Below, one piece after another: positions 28,238-36,066 of a DNA stretch of 64,000 nucleotides. Source of the DNA: Salinisphaeraceae bacterium (GTDB lineage Bacteria > Pseudomonadota > Gammaproteobacteria > Nevskiales > Salinisphaeraceae); the NCBI GenBank assembly GCA_002683405.1, contig NYTH01000008.1:54040-118039 (forward strand), written 5' to 3'. The notes below the pieces were generated by a model. The model saw nothing but the letters and a program-made list of their open reading frames with translations, was not told the origin of the DNA and did not search any database. How positions within the stretch are numbered: position 1 is the stretch's first letter; each line of letters starts with the position of its first letter. The position numbers and the translations under genes were made by a program.

Positions 28238-29911
28238 TTACTCGATCAACTGCGCCGACCCCAGCCTCACCTGCGACAGGTAGGCATTGGTGTGGCGCTT
28301 GTAGTCGTTTGCGTAATAAAGGGCGCGCTGGCGCAGGTAGTCGCTGGCATGACCGATCACGGCGTCCAGGCGGGACCTCATGTTGGCCAGCCGTTCTCCA
28401 TTGGCCTTGATCACAGCGTCCTGCTGTCCCAACACGGCAGGCGCAGTGTATCCCGACTGGGCATACGCTGCGACCTGATTGTCGTGACGGGTCTTCAGTG
28501 TGTCGAGCATTTGCAGGTTGTTCAGGACGGATTGCCGCAGCACGGTGAGATCCTGAAGGTGGCGGGCCACGGCCTGGAAGCGCTCGTCTTCGACCACGGC
28601 CTCATGATACGGCGCGCTGACCCCACTATAAAGATCGACGTGCTGCGCCAGCCAGGCCTGGGCGGCTGCTTCGCTGGGCGGCAGGCCCTTGCCGGTGCCG
28701 GTTTCGGCCTCGTCGAGTTGTTCGATGGTCCGTTCGACCTGCTGGCGCTGCGGCTCCAGCTGCGCAATGGCGGTCTGGTAATACTTGCTGGCGCTGCGCG
28801 GCGCGCCGATCTTGGAGTAGGCATAGGGCACCATGGCCAGGCCTTCCTGCACCGCCAGGGCCTGCGGGTTGCGCTGGCCCAGTTCCAGCCAGGGGATCAG
28901 GGCCCGCTTGTAGCGCTCTACCTCGGTCTCTGCGCCCTTCTTGCGGGCAAACTTGTCGGTCTCGCGAAAGCGCCGCGCCGGGCCGCAGGACTTGCGCGGA
29001 ATGCGGCGCAGCACCGGCAGCCCTTCGGGCAGCAGACGGGCCGCGTCTTCGCGGCATTTTATCTCGGTGGTGACGGTGCGCTCCTGCGCGCCGCCGTCTG
29101 GCGCCAGTTCGGCCCAGCCCAGGCCCAGCAGCGCCTTATCGGAATAGGGGCCGTCCAGCCGGACGCGCTGGAACAGCGCCCTTGCCGTGGCGCCCTGGCC
29201 GATTTCCAGATAGCCGAATGCCAGCACCAGGTTGGCCTTGTCGCGCAGCGCGCGTTCTTCATCCGTTGCGGCCTCCATGGTCGCGACGCCGTCCAGCTCG
29301 CCGGCGCCCTGTTTGAGCAGGCCGGACCGCACCAGCGCAACGCCCAGGTTGAAGCGGGCGAACGGATCCTGATGGCCGTGCGAGAGCCACTGCCGCAACT
29401 GGGTGGCGGCATCCTCCGCGCGCCCCTGCGCCAGCAGCAGCCGTGCTTCCATGGGGACCCGCTGGCCGTAGTACTCGGCGGGTACCGGGCCGTAGATGCT
29501 GTCGAGGGCGGCCTGCGCCTGCGCGTAGTCGCCGCGAATTTCCCAGGCCTGGGCCAGCTCGAACCAGAGGCGGTTACGCAGTTTCGGGTCTACCTCGGGC
29601 AGCAGGTGTCGTCGATAGCGGGTGGTGGCATCTTCGAGCAGGCCGAGTGCCGCGGCCGCCCGGGCCAGGGCGATCTGGATGTCGCGCTGATCGCCCCCGT
29701 CAAGTGCCGTACGCGATGCGTGTTCGGCGGCCGTGAGCAGACTGAACGGGTCAGCGGACTGCGCCAGAAAGCGCAGATGACGGACCTCGAGCTGCTCGGC
29801 GCTGTTGCGCGTGGGCGGCTCGTAATCCGGTGTTTGCGCGACTGCCTGAGCCGGCGTGATCAGGCACAGACCGAAGGCGAGCGGAACCGCGAGTAACCGG
29901 ATGCCCAGCAT
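28238..29911 (-). CDS. Secreted helical-repeat protein, paralogue of 30696-32243
   Basis: 557 aa with signal peptide 'LAFGLCLITPAQAVA'. Shares blocks with the 515-aa gene upstream, such as 'RFNLGVALV...', 'ANLVLAFGYL...FQRVRLDGPYSDKALLGLGWAEL' and a Cys pair. Confidence 0.7.
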   Translation of the reverse strand: MLGIRLLAVPLAFGLCLITPAQAVAQTPDYEPPTRNSAEQLEVRHLRFLAQSADPFSLLTAAEHASRTALDGGDQRDIQIALARAAAALGLLEDATTRYRRHLLPEVDPKLRNRLWFELAQAWEIRGDYAQAQAALDSIYGPVPAEYYGQRVPMEARLLLAQGRAEDAATQLRQWLSHGHQDPFARFNLGVALVRSGLLKQGAGELDGVATMEAATDEERALRDKANLVLAFGYLEIGQGATARALFQRVRLDGPYSDKALLGLGWAELAPDGGAQERTVTTEIKCREDAARLLPEGLPVLRRIPRKSCGPARRFRETDKFARKKGAETEVERYKRALIPWLELGQRNPQALAVQEGLAMVPYAYSKIGAPRSASKYYQTAIAQLEPQRQQVERTIEQLDEAETGTGKGLPPSEAAAQAWLAQHVDLYSGVSAPYHEAVVEDERFQAVARHLQDLTVLRQSVLNNLQMLDTLKTRHDNQVAAYAQSGYTAPAVLGQQDAVIKANGERLANMRSRLDAVIGHASDYLRQRALYYANDYKRHTNAYLSQVRLGSAQLIE

Positions 29912-29914
29912 GAC

Positions 29915-30457
29915 TCAGCTCCGATCGGCCAGGCTCTTGGCCTGGAAACCGTTGTTGTCGGGCTGGGCGGTCCACTGTAATTCAAGCACCTGCGGACCAG
30001 CCGCTTTTTCCACCTGGTAGGCAGCCTGCCGCTCGCCGAGGCTGTCGCGCGCCTGGATGCCGACGCGATGCGTGCCCGCCGGCAGCGCGCCGGTATAGAT
30101 CTTGTGGGCGCCGCCATCCAGCAGCGCCTGTGATTGGGTCTCGTTGTAAGTGTGCGAAGCGACCACCGTGCCGTTGACCGAGATCTGCAGGGAATACAGC
30201 CGGCCACGCGCCGTCGCGGGGCCGCTGACAAAGATGGTCCAGCGCTGCGCCTCGGGGTAGAGCACGTCCTGCTCGAGCATCTGCATATCCGCCTCGAGCG
30301 AAAGCAGATCGGATTTGACCGACCGTATCTGGCGCTCCAGCAGCTCGAAGCCGTCCCCCTCTGCAGGCGGAGCGGCGGGCTGGGCAAACGTGGTGGTGGC
30401 CATGACCAGGGCGCTGGCAATCCATGGCAGTCGGTTGCGCATCATGCGGCTCATCAT
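29915..30457 (-). CDS. Secreted protein of unknown function (coiled-coil N-terminus plus beta-rich domain)
   Basis: 180 aa with signal peptide 'ASALVMATTTFAQ'. Heptad-like 'LLERQIRSVKSDLLSLEADMQMLEQD'. Its stop is 3 nt before the start of the next gene. Confidence 0.6.
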   Translation of the reverse strand: MMSRMMRNRLPWIASALVMATTTFAQPAAPPAEGDGFELLERQIRSVKSDLLSLEADMQMLEQDVLYPEAQRWTIFVSGPATARGRLYSLQISVNGTVVASHTYNETQSQALLDGGAHKIYTGALPAGTHRVGIQARDSLGERQAAYQVEKAAGPQVLELQWTAQPDNNGFQAKSLADRS

Positions 30458-30486
30458 CCCGTCTTGGGTAACCTCACTGTAATCGG

Positions 30487-30529
30487 CAGATATTGCCTAA
30501 ACCTTGTAGGTGGATTCCGACAATATCTG
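30487..30529. promoter_or_regulatory. Perfect 9-bp inverted repeat (cagatattg N25 caatatctg) in the only sizeable intergenic gap of the cluster
   Basis: Seen directly at 30487-30495 and 30521-30529. It lies about 30-70 nt upstream of the 29915-30457 start, in a visibly AT-richer 238-bp spacer. It could be an operator or a 5'-UTR stem. Confidence 0.3.
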
Positions 30530-30695
30530 TAAGTTCGGCCGGCTTCGCCCCTGCGGAGGCCCGAGGCCCGGAGTATAACTGCAGGGCCCGGTTCTCTCCA
30601 CGGCAAAAACAACCAATATTCGGCGGCTTAGCGCTTGCTGATAAGGTGTTTTCTACTCGCCGGACCGTATCCGGATTCCAAGCCGGACGGGGCCG

Positions 30696-32243
30696 CTAGC
30701 GTGACGCGGGGGCTTGGAGTTCGGCTAGGAACAGGCGAGCCATGGTTTCGTAGCGTTTCAGATGGCTCATTCGGGTCATGCGCTGGTTCTGATCGAGGAC
30801 AGTCATCCGGTCATCCAGGGCAGCGCGCAGGGCGGCGACCTCGGTCCTGAGCGCGCGGCGGCGTCGCTCGACCGACGCCAGGCTAGGGACCTGCGCGCCG
30901 CTGTGCTGCGCTCGCATCGCATACCAGCGCAGCAGACCGCGTGACGCGCCGTCCGCGGACGTGCCCCCGTTCGCGTTTCGCGCGCGCGCCAGAGCGGCGC
31001 CGATCTGGTCGAGCAGCGGGGTGTTCACGGGCTGGTCCAGCCGGTTGGCTGCGTCCTCAAGCCAGGTCCGCGCCTGAAGCAGTTGCTGCTGTGCCGGTGT
31101 GGCCGGCGTCTGGATGGCGCCGCCGTGATCGGTCTGCAGTCTGTCGATCGCGGCGGTCAGGCGCTCAACGGCAGTGCGGGCCGCTTGCTGAGCGGCGCGG
31201 CGGTCGCCCGCCCGGGCCAGGGCATGCGGCAGGTTGGCCAGCGCTTCGGCCACCGCCGGATCACGGGCGTCCCCCTCGCTGGCCGTTTGCCAGAGCACGA
31301 CGGCTCGCCGGTAACCGGTGCGGGCGTCGGCGTAGCCTTCGAGCCGGCCGAGTCGCGGCGTATCATCCTGCGCGGGACTGCGAACCGTGCACAGCTGACG
31401 CGACGTGCTGTGCAGGGCGCCGGCCTGCGTCCACAGCGCCGGATCCACCGCCTCGCACTCGCGTGTTTCGACGGCGGTGAGCGGCTGCTCACCCTGGTCG
31501 AGCCGGAATTCAGCCCAGCCCAGCGCCAGCAGGGCGCGGGGCGCCAGCGGTGAGGCCAGCCGCACGCGGCGCAGCACCTCGGCGGCGGCGGCATGGCGCG
31601 CCTGATCGAGCAGCCAGAAGCCGAGCATGACGTTGGCCTGATCCGCCAGCAGGCGGCTCGCCTCGTTCTCACCCGCGGCAGTGCCCAGGCTGTTCAACTC
31701 GGCAGCGCCATGGGCGCCAGCACCGGCGCCCAGCCAGGCCACCCCGAGGTTGTAGCGCTGCACGCCCGCCAGCCGCGACTGCTGCCGGGCGCTGGCCAGC
31801 GGCAGGGCGGCGTCGTCGTACTGACGCAGCCGCATGGCGGTGCGGCTGAGCAGCTCGTCCCGCTTCAGCGTGCGGGCACGGTCGCCGTCGCCGCGAAGTG
31901 ATTCGAGCAGCGTTTGCGCCTGGGCGTAGCGGGCCTGTTCGTACAGCCGCTCGGCCGCCGTCAGCGCCAGCCGAACGCGCACGTCAGGCGGGCGGACTTT
32001 GTCCAGCAGCGCGGCTGCCTCGTCCGGTCGCCCGGCCAGGAGCCAGCCGTAGGCCGAAACCACCGGATCATCCGTCAGGGCAGGCAGGGCATCCCAGTCG
32101 CCGGTCAGCGCGGCGTACCGTGCCTGGGCCCGCGTCAGCGCGGTCTTTTGCGCCTGGATATCCTCGGGTTTCTGCCACTGGGCGTGGCTGACGCCGCAGA
32201 ACAGCGCCGCCGTGAGCAGCAGTGCGAGACGCCCTCGGAACAT
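30696..32243 (-). CDS. Secreted helical-repeat protein, paralogue of 28238-29911
   Basis: 515 aa with signal peptide 'LLLTAALFCGVSHAQ'. Its ATG lies 1 nt after the prmA stop. Shared blocks with the 557-aa paralogue support it as a real gene despite the Ala/Arg-rich composition. Confidence 0.65.
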   Translation of the reverse strand: MFRGRLALLLTAALFCGVSHAQWQKPEDIQAQKTALTRAQARYAALTGDWDALPALTDDPVVSAYGWLLAGRPDEAAALLDKVRPPDVRVRLALTAAERLYEQARYAQAQTLLESLRGDGDRARTLKRDELLSRTAMRLRQYDDAALPLASARQQSRLAGVQRYNLGVAWLGAGAGAHGAAELNSLGTAAGENEASRLLADQANVMLGFWLLDQARHAAAAEVLRRVRLASPLAPRALLALGWAEFRLDQGEQPLTAVETRECEAVDPALWTQAGALHSTSRQLCTVRSPAQDDTPRLGRLEGYADARTGYRRAVVLWQTASEGDARDPAVAEALANLPHALARAGDRRAAQQAARTAVERLTAAIDRLQTDHGGAIQTPATPAQQQLLQARTWLEDAANRLDQPVNTPLLDQIGAALARARNANGGTSADGASRGLLRWYAMRAQHSGAQVPSLASVERRRRALRTEVAALRAALDDRMTVLDQNQRMTRMSHLKRYETMARLFLAELQAPASR

Positions 32244-32244
32244 G

Positions 32245-33129
32245 TCAAAGGCGCACGGCCGTCAGGCAGCTCCAGCCTTCCTGCCGAGCGGCCGGGTCGA
32301 ACCTGAACGCCGCTTCGTAGGCCTGTTTTACCGCCTGCTCCTGACGTTCAAGCAGACCGGAGAGAATCAATCGGCCGCCCGGTCTGACCCGCTCGGTCAG
32401 TGCCTCTGCCAGCTCGATGAGCGGGGCAGCGAGGATATTCGCCAGCACGCAATCTGCGGTCTGCAGCGGTGTGTCGTCCGGGTCCAGGGGCGCCATGCGG
32501 TCACCCACCAGGTTGTGCGCGCCGTTTTCCAGCGTGGCTTTCATGGCCTGCGGATCGATATCGAAGTAGAGTGCGCGTTCGGCGCCAAGCTTGAGGGCCG
32601 CGATGGCCAGAATGCCCGAGCCGCAGCCGTAGTCGATGACCTGCCGCTGCGCCGGCGGATTTTTCGACAGCGCATGCAGGCACAGCGCGGTCGTGGGGTG
32701 GGTGCCCGTGCCGAAGGCCATGCCCGGCTCCATGTAGATCACGGCCGCGTCGGCGACATCCACCTGCCGGCCCTTGGGGCAGACCCAAAGCCTCTCGCCG
32801 AACTGCATCGGGTGGTAGTGGTCCGTCCAGGCGCGTATCCAGTCTCTGTCCTCGATCAGCCGCGACTGCAGCGCCACGTCGGCGTCGAGCATGTCCTGCA
32901 GGCCCTGCACGAGCGAATCCGTGTCGGCCGTGGCGTGGAACAGCCCCTGAACGTGGGTTTGTGCCCAGACCGGACCGGCACCGGGTGCGGGCTCTACCAG
33001 CAGTTCGTCACCCCCGTCCACCAGCGTGATCGCCAGTGCACCGGCGGCTTCCAGCGCGGCCTCGGCCAGCGCCGGATGACCGCCGCTGATCGTCAGTTCG
33101 AGCCATGCGGCCGGCTCGGCCATGCTCAA
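32245..33129 (-). CDS. prmA: Ribosomal protein L11 methyltransferase
   Basis: 294 aa with '[14 protein letters not shown]' and the SAM motif '[15 protein letters not shown]'. 4-nt overlap with accC. Confidence 0.93.
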   Translation of the reverse strand: MSMAEPAAWLELTISGGHPALAEAALEAAGALAITLVDGGDELLVEPAPGAGPVWAQTHVQGLFHATADTDSLVQGLQDMLDADVALQSRLIEDRDWIRAWTDHYHPMQFGERLWVCPKGRQVDVADAAVIYMEPGMAFGTGTHPTTALCLHALSKNPPAQRQVIDYGCGSGILAIAALKLGAERALYFDIDPQAMKATLENGAHNLVGDRMAPLDPDDTPLQTADCVLANILAAPLIELAEALTERVRPGGRLILSGLLERQEQAVKQAYEAAFRFDPAARQEGWSCLTAVRL

Positions 33130-34472
33130 CCGGACTCGGCCAGAAGCTGTTCTAGATAGTGAATATGCACGCCGCCCTTGGCGTGCGCCTCCTGCTGCAG
33201 GATGTAGTCGTGCAGCTCCACATTGGTGTGGATGCCTTCCACGACCACTTCCGACAGCGCCGTGCGGCAGCGCGCCCGGGCGGAATCGCGGTTTTCGCCG
33301 TAGACGATCAGCTTGCCAATGAGCGAATCATAGTGGGGCGGCACGGTATAACCGCCGTAGGCATGCGAATCGATGCGAATACCGGGGCCCCCGGGCGCAT
33401 GGTATTTCTCGATCTTGCCCGGCGATGGCACGAACGTGCGGGGATGCTCCGCGTTGATCCGGCACTCGATAGCGTGCCCGGTGATCTCGATTTCGTCCTG
33501 GGTCCAGCGGAGTTTCTCGCCGGCCGCAATACGAAGCTGTTCGGCCACCAGGTCGACACCGGTAATCATTTCGGTGACCGGATGCTCCACCTGGATACGC
33601 GTGTTCATCTCGATGAAGTGGAATTCGCCGTCTTCGTACAGGAATTCGAACGTGCCGGCGCCGCGATAGTTGATGCGCTTGCAGGCCGCCACGCAGAGCT
33701 CGCCGATTTCGGCGCGCTGCTCGGGCGTGATGCCGGGCGCGGGGGCTTCCTCCATGACCTTCTGGTTGCGCCGCTGCAGCGAGCAGTCGCGTTCGCCCAG
33801 GTGAATGGCGTTGTTGTACGAGTCGCAAAGCACCTGAATTTCCACGTGGCGCGGTTTCTCCAGGTACTTCTCCATATAGACCTCCGGATTGCCGAAGGCG
33901 CTGGCTGCTTCGCGGCGGGCCATGTCGATGGCGCCCGCCAGATTTGATGGCTCGTACACCACATGCATGCCGCGGCCACCGCCGCCGCCCACGGCCTTGA
34001 TGATGACCGGGTAGCCGATGTCCTTGGCGATGGCGCGATTCTCCGCGTCGTCATCCTTCAGCGCTTCGCCGGACCCCGGTACACAGGGCACGCCCGCCGC
34101 CGACATTTCCTGAATGGCGGAGGTCTTGTCGCCCATGAGTCGGATGGTTTCCGGTCGCGGCCCGATGAAGATGAAACCGGATTTCTCAACGCTCTCGGCG
34201 AAATCCGCGTTTTCAGACAGAAAGCCGTAGCCGGGATGAATGGCCGTGGCGCCCGTGACCTCGGCCGTGCTCATCAGCGCAGCCATATTCAGGTAGCTCT
34301 GCGGGCTGGGGGCCGGGCCGATGCAGACGGCCTCTTCGGCGAGCAGTACATGTTTCTGCTCGCGATCCGCAGTGGAGTAGGCGGCGACCACGTCGATTTT
34401 TAGCTCGCGGCAGGCGCGCAGGATACGCAGCGCAATCTCACCGCGATTCGCAATCAGAACCTTTTCAATCAT
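33126..34472 (-). CDS. accC: Acetyl-CoA carboxylase biotin carboxylase subunit
   Basis: 448 aa with '[14 protein letters not shown]', 'GGGGRGM' and '[14 protein letters not shown]'. Confidence 0.97.
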   Translation of the reverse strand: MIEKVLIANRGEIALRILRACRELKIDVVAAYSTADREQKHVLLAEEAVCIGPAPSPQSYLNMAALMSTAEVTGATAIHPGYGFLSENADFAESVEKSGFIFIGPRPETIRLMGDKTSAIQEMSAAGVPCVPGSGEALKDDDAENRAIAKDIGYPVIIKAVGGGGGRGMHVVYEPSNLAGAIDMARREAASAFGNPEVYMEKYLEKPRHVEIQVLCDSYNNAIHLGERDCSLQRRNQKVMEEAPAPGITPEQRAEIGELCVAACKRINYRGAGTFEFLYEDGEFHFIEMNTRIQVEHPVTEMITGVDLVAEQLRIAAGEKLRWTQDEIEITGHAIECRINAEHPRTFVPSPGKIEKYHAPGGPGIRIDSHAYGGYTVPPHYDSLIGKLIVYGENRDSARARCRTALSEVVVEGIHTNVELHDYILQQEAHAKGGVHIHYLEQLLAESG

Positions 34473-34477
34473 GCCAG

Positions 34478-34948
34478 TTAACCAATGATGAACAGCGGTT
34501 GATCAAACTCGACGGGCTGGCCGTTTTCGACAAGCACGGCCTTCACCTCGCCCGAGACTTCGGCTTCGATCTGGTTGAGCATCTTCATGGCTTCGATGAT
34601 GCAAAGGGTCTGGTCCGCGCTGACGCGATCGCCGACTTCCACGAACGGCTGCGACTCGGGCGAAGGGGCCTCGTAGAACGTACCCACCATGGGGGCCCGG
34701 ACCACGTGGCCGTCCGGCTGATCGGAACCCTTGTCGCCGCCGCCGGACGATTTGCCTGCATCCGCAGGCGGTTCTGCCGGCGCGGGCGCCGCGGGGGGCG
34801 GCGCGGGCGCATACTGCGGGATGCTGGCCATTCCGCCCGAGGGATAGCGTCCGATACGGACCGATTCTTCGCCTTCGGTTATTTCAAGCTCCGCGATGCC
34901 TGATTCTTCTACCAGCTCAATCAGCTTCTTGAGCTTGCGAATATCCAT
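34478..34948 (-). CDS. accB: Biotin carboxyl carrier protein of acetyl-CoA carboxylase
   Basis: 156 aa. Pro/Ala linker and the biotinylation motif 'IIEAMKMLN'. Confidence 0.95.
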   Translation of the reverse strand: MDIRKLKKLIELVEESGIAELEITEGEESVRIGRYPSGGMASIPQYAPAPPPAAPAPAEPPADAGKSSGGGDKGSDQPDGHVVRAPMVGTFYEAPSPESQPFVEVGDRVSADQTLCIIEAMKMLNQIEAEVSGEVKAVLVENGQPVEFDQPLFIIG

Positions 34949-34961
34949 GCTTGTTTCCCCT

Positions 34962-35417
34962 TTATGACTGGCGGTTGACTTGTTGTGAGGCCGCTTCCAG
35001 CGCGAGCCGATAGCCCAGCGGGCCGCAGCCGCAGATCACGAATTCGGCAATATCCGAAAAATAGGAGTGCTGCCGGAATGGCTCCCGGGCATGCACGTTG
35101 GACAGATGCACTTCACCAAACGGCAGCGCCACGGCGAGCAGGGCGTCACGCAGCGCCACGCTGGTGTGCGTGAAGGCGGCCGGATTGATGATGATGAAGC
35201 CGGTGCCGTCCTGACGGGCGGCGTGGATGCGGTCAATGAGTGCCGACTCGCTGTTCGACTGGAAGAAGTCGATCTCCAGGCCGTTCCGGGCCGCGGTCGC
35301 GATCAGGTCCGACTCGATATCGTTGAGCGTCTGGTGACCGTAGCGGTCGGGTTCGCGCTGGCCCAGCAGGTTCAGATTGGGCCCGTTCAGTACCAGTATT
35401 TTGCCAGCCGACTCCAC
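34962..35417 (-). CDS. aroQ: Type II 3-dehydroquinate dehydratase
   Basis: 151 aa with '[17 protein letters not shown]', '[18 protein letters not shown]' and '[14 protein letters not shown]'. Confidence 0.95.
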   Translation of the reverse strand: MESAGKILVLNGPNLNLLGQREPDRYGHQTLNDIESDLIATAARNGLEIDFFQSNSESALIDRIHAARQDGTGFIIINPAAFTHTSVALRDALLAVALPFGEVHLSNVHAREPFRQHSYFSDIAEFVICGCGPLGYRLALEAASQQVNRQS

Positions 35418-35544
35418 GCGTTCCCTGCATCCTTGGCGAAGTTCGGCGGATTGTGCATCAGCAAAAGCGCTTTGTACAGAAACCGGCTTATTTGCCGCGA
35501 TTTCGCCGAAATTAGGCGCAGCCTAGGCGCAATGGAACGGCGGA

Positions 35545-36066
35545 TTACCGCTCGTCAAGCCGTGGTTCGATCCACGCGCGCAGGTCGACGGCCTTGAGCT
35601 CGCCGCTGTGCGTGGCCAGGATGCGCCCATCCCGGCCGACCAGGGCCGAGAAGGGGAGCAGCGAGTTGCCGCCATAGGCGTCCTGCACCTTGGCGACCCC
35701 CATCGCGTCCACCAGAACGGGATAATTGATTCCCATCTCCGCGGCGTAAGCCCGCACGGGCGCCGGGTCATCCAGCGCGAGTCCGAGCACCTGCAGCCCC
35801 CGCTCGGCATAGCGGTCCTGGAATTCGACCAGCAGCGGGATTTCCTCGCGGCAGGGCTTGCACCAGGTTGCCCAGAAGTTGACGAGCAGCAGCTTGCCGT
35901 CCCATTCATCGATTGACCGGGGTTGTCCGGCCATGTCGGGCAGGGTGAAGGCCGGACGCCGGCTGTCGACGGGGCCGGCCGGGCTGGCGCCCAGCCACAG
36001 GGCGGTCATGACCCCACCGGCAATGCCCGCCAGACCCAATAACGCAAGCGTCAGCCGGAATTTCAT
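35545..36066 (-). CDS. TlpA/ResA-like periplasmic thiol:disulfide oxidoreductase
   Basis: 173 aa with a signal/anchor and the thioredoxin motif 'NFWATWCKPCREEIP'. ATGA overlap with dsbD. Confidence 0.85.
   Translation of the reverse strand: MKFRLTLALLGLAGIAGGVMTALWLGASPAGPVDSRRPAFTLPDMAGQPRSIDEWDGKLLLVNFWATWCKPCREEIPLLVEFQDRYAERGLQVLGLALDDPAPVRAYAAEMGINYPVLVDAMGVAKVQDAYGGNSLLPFSALVGRDGRILATHSGELKAVDLRAWIEPRLDER

Noticed and set aside
21979-32243. The ExbB/ExbD/TonB-like/TPR cluster as a recently acquired genomic island or mobile element.
   Set aside because: I saw no integrase, transposase, tRNA target or flanking direct repeats, and no evident compositional shift. The first gene starts 1 nt after prmA. 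It looks like an old, integrated chromosomal locus.
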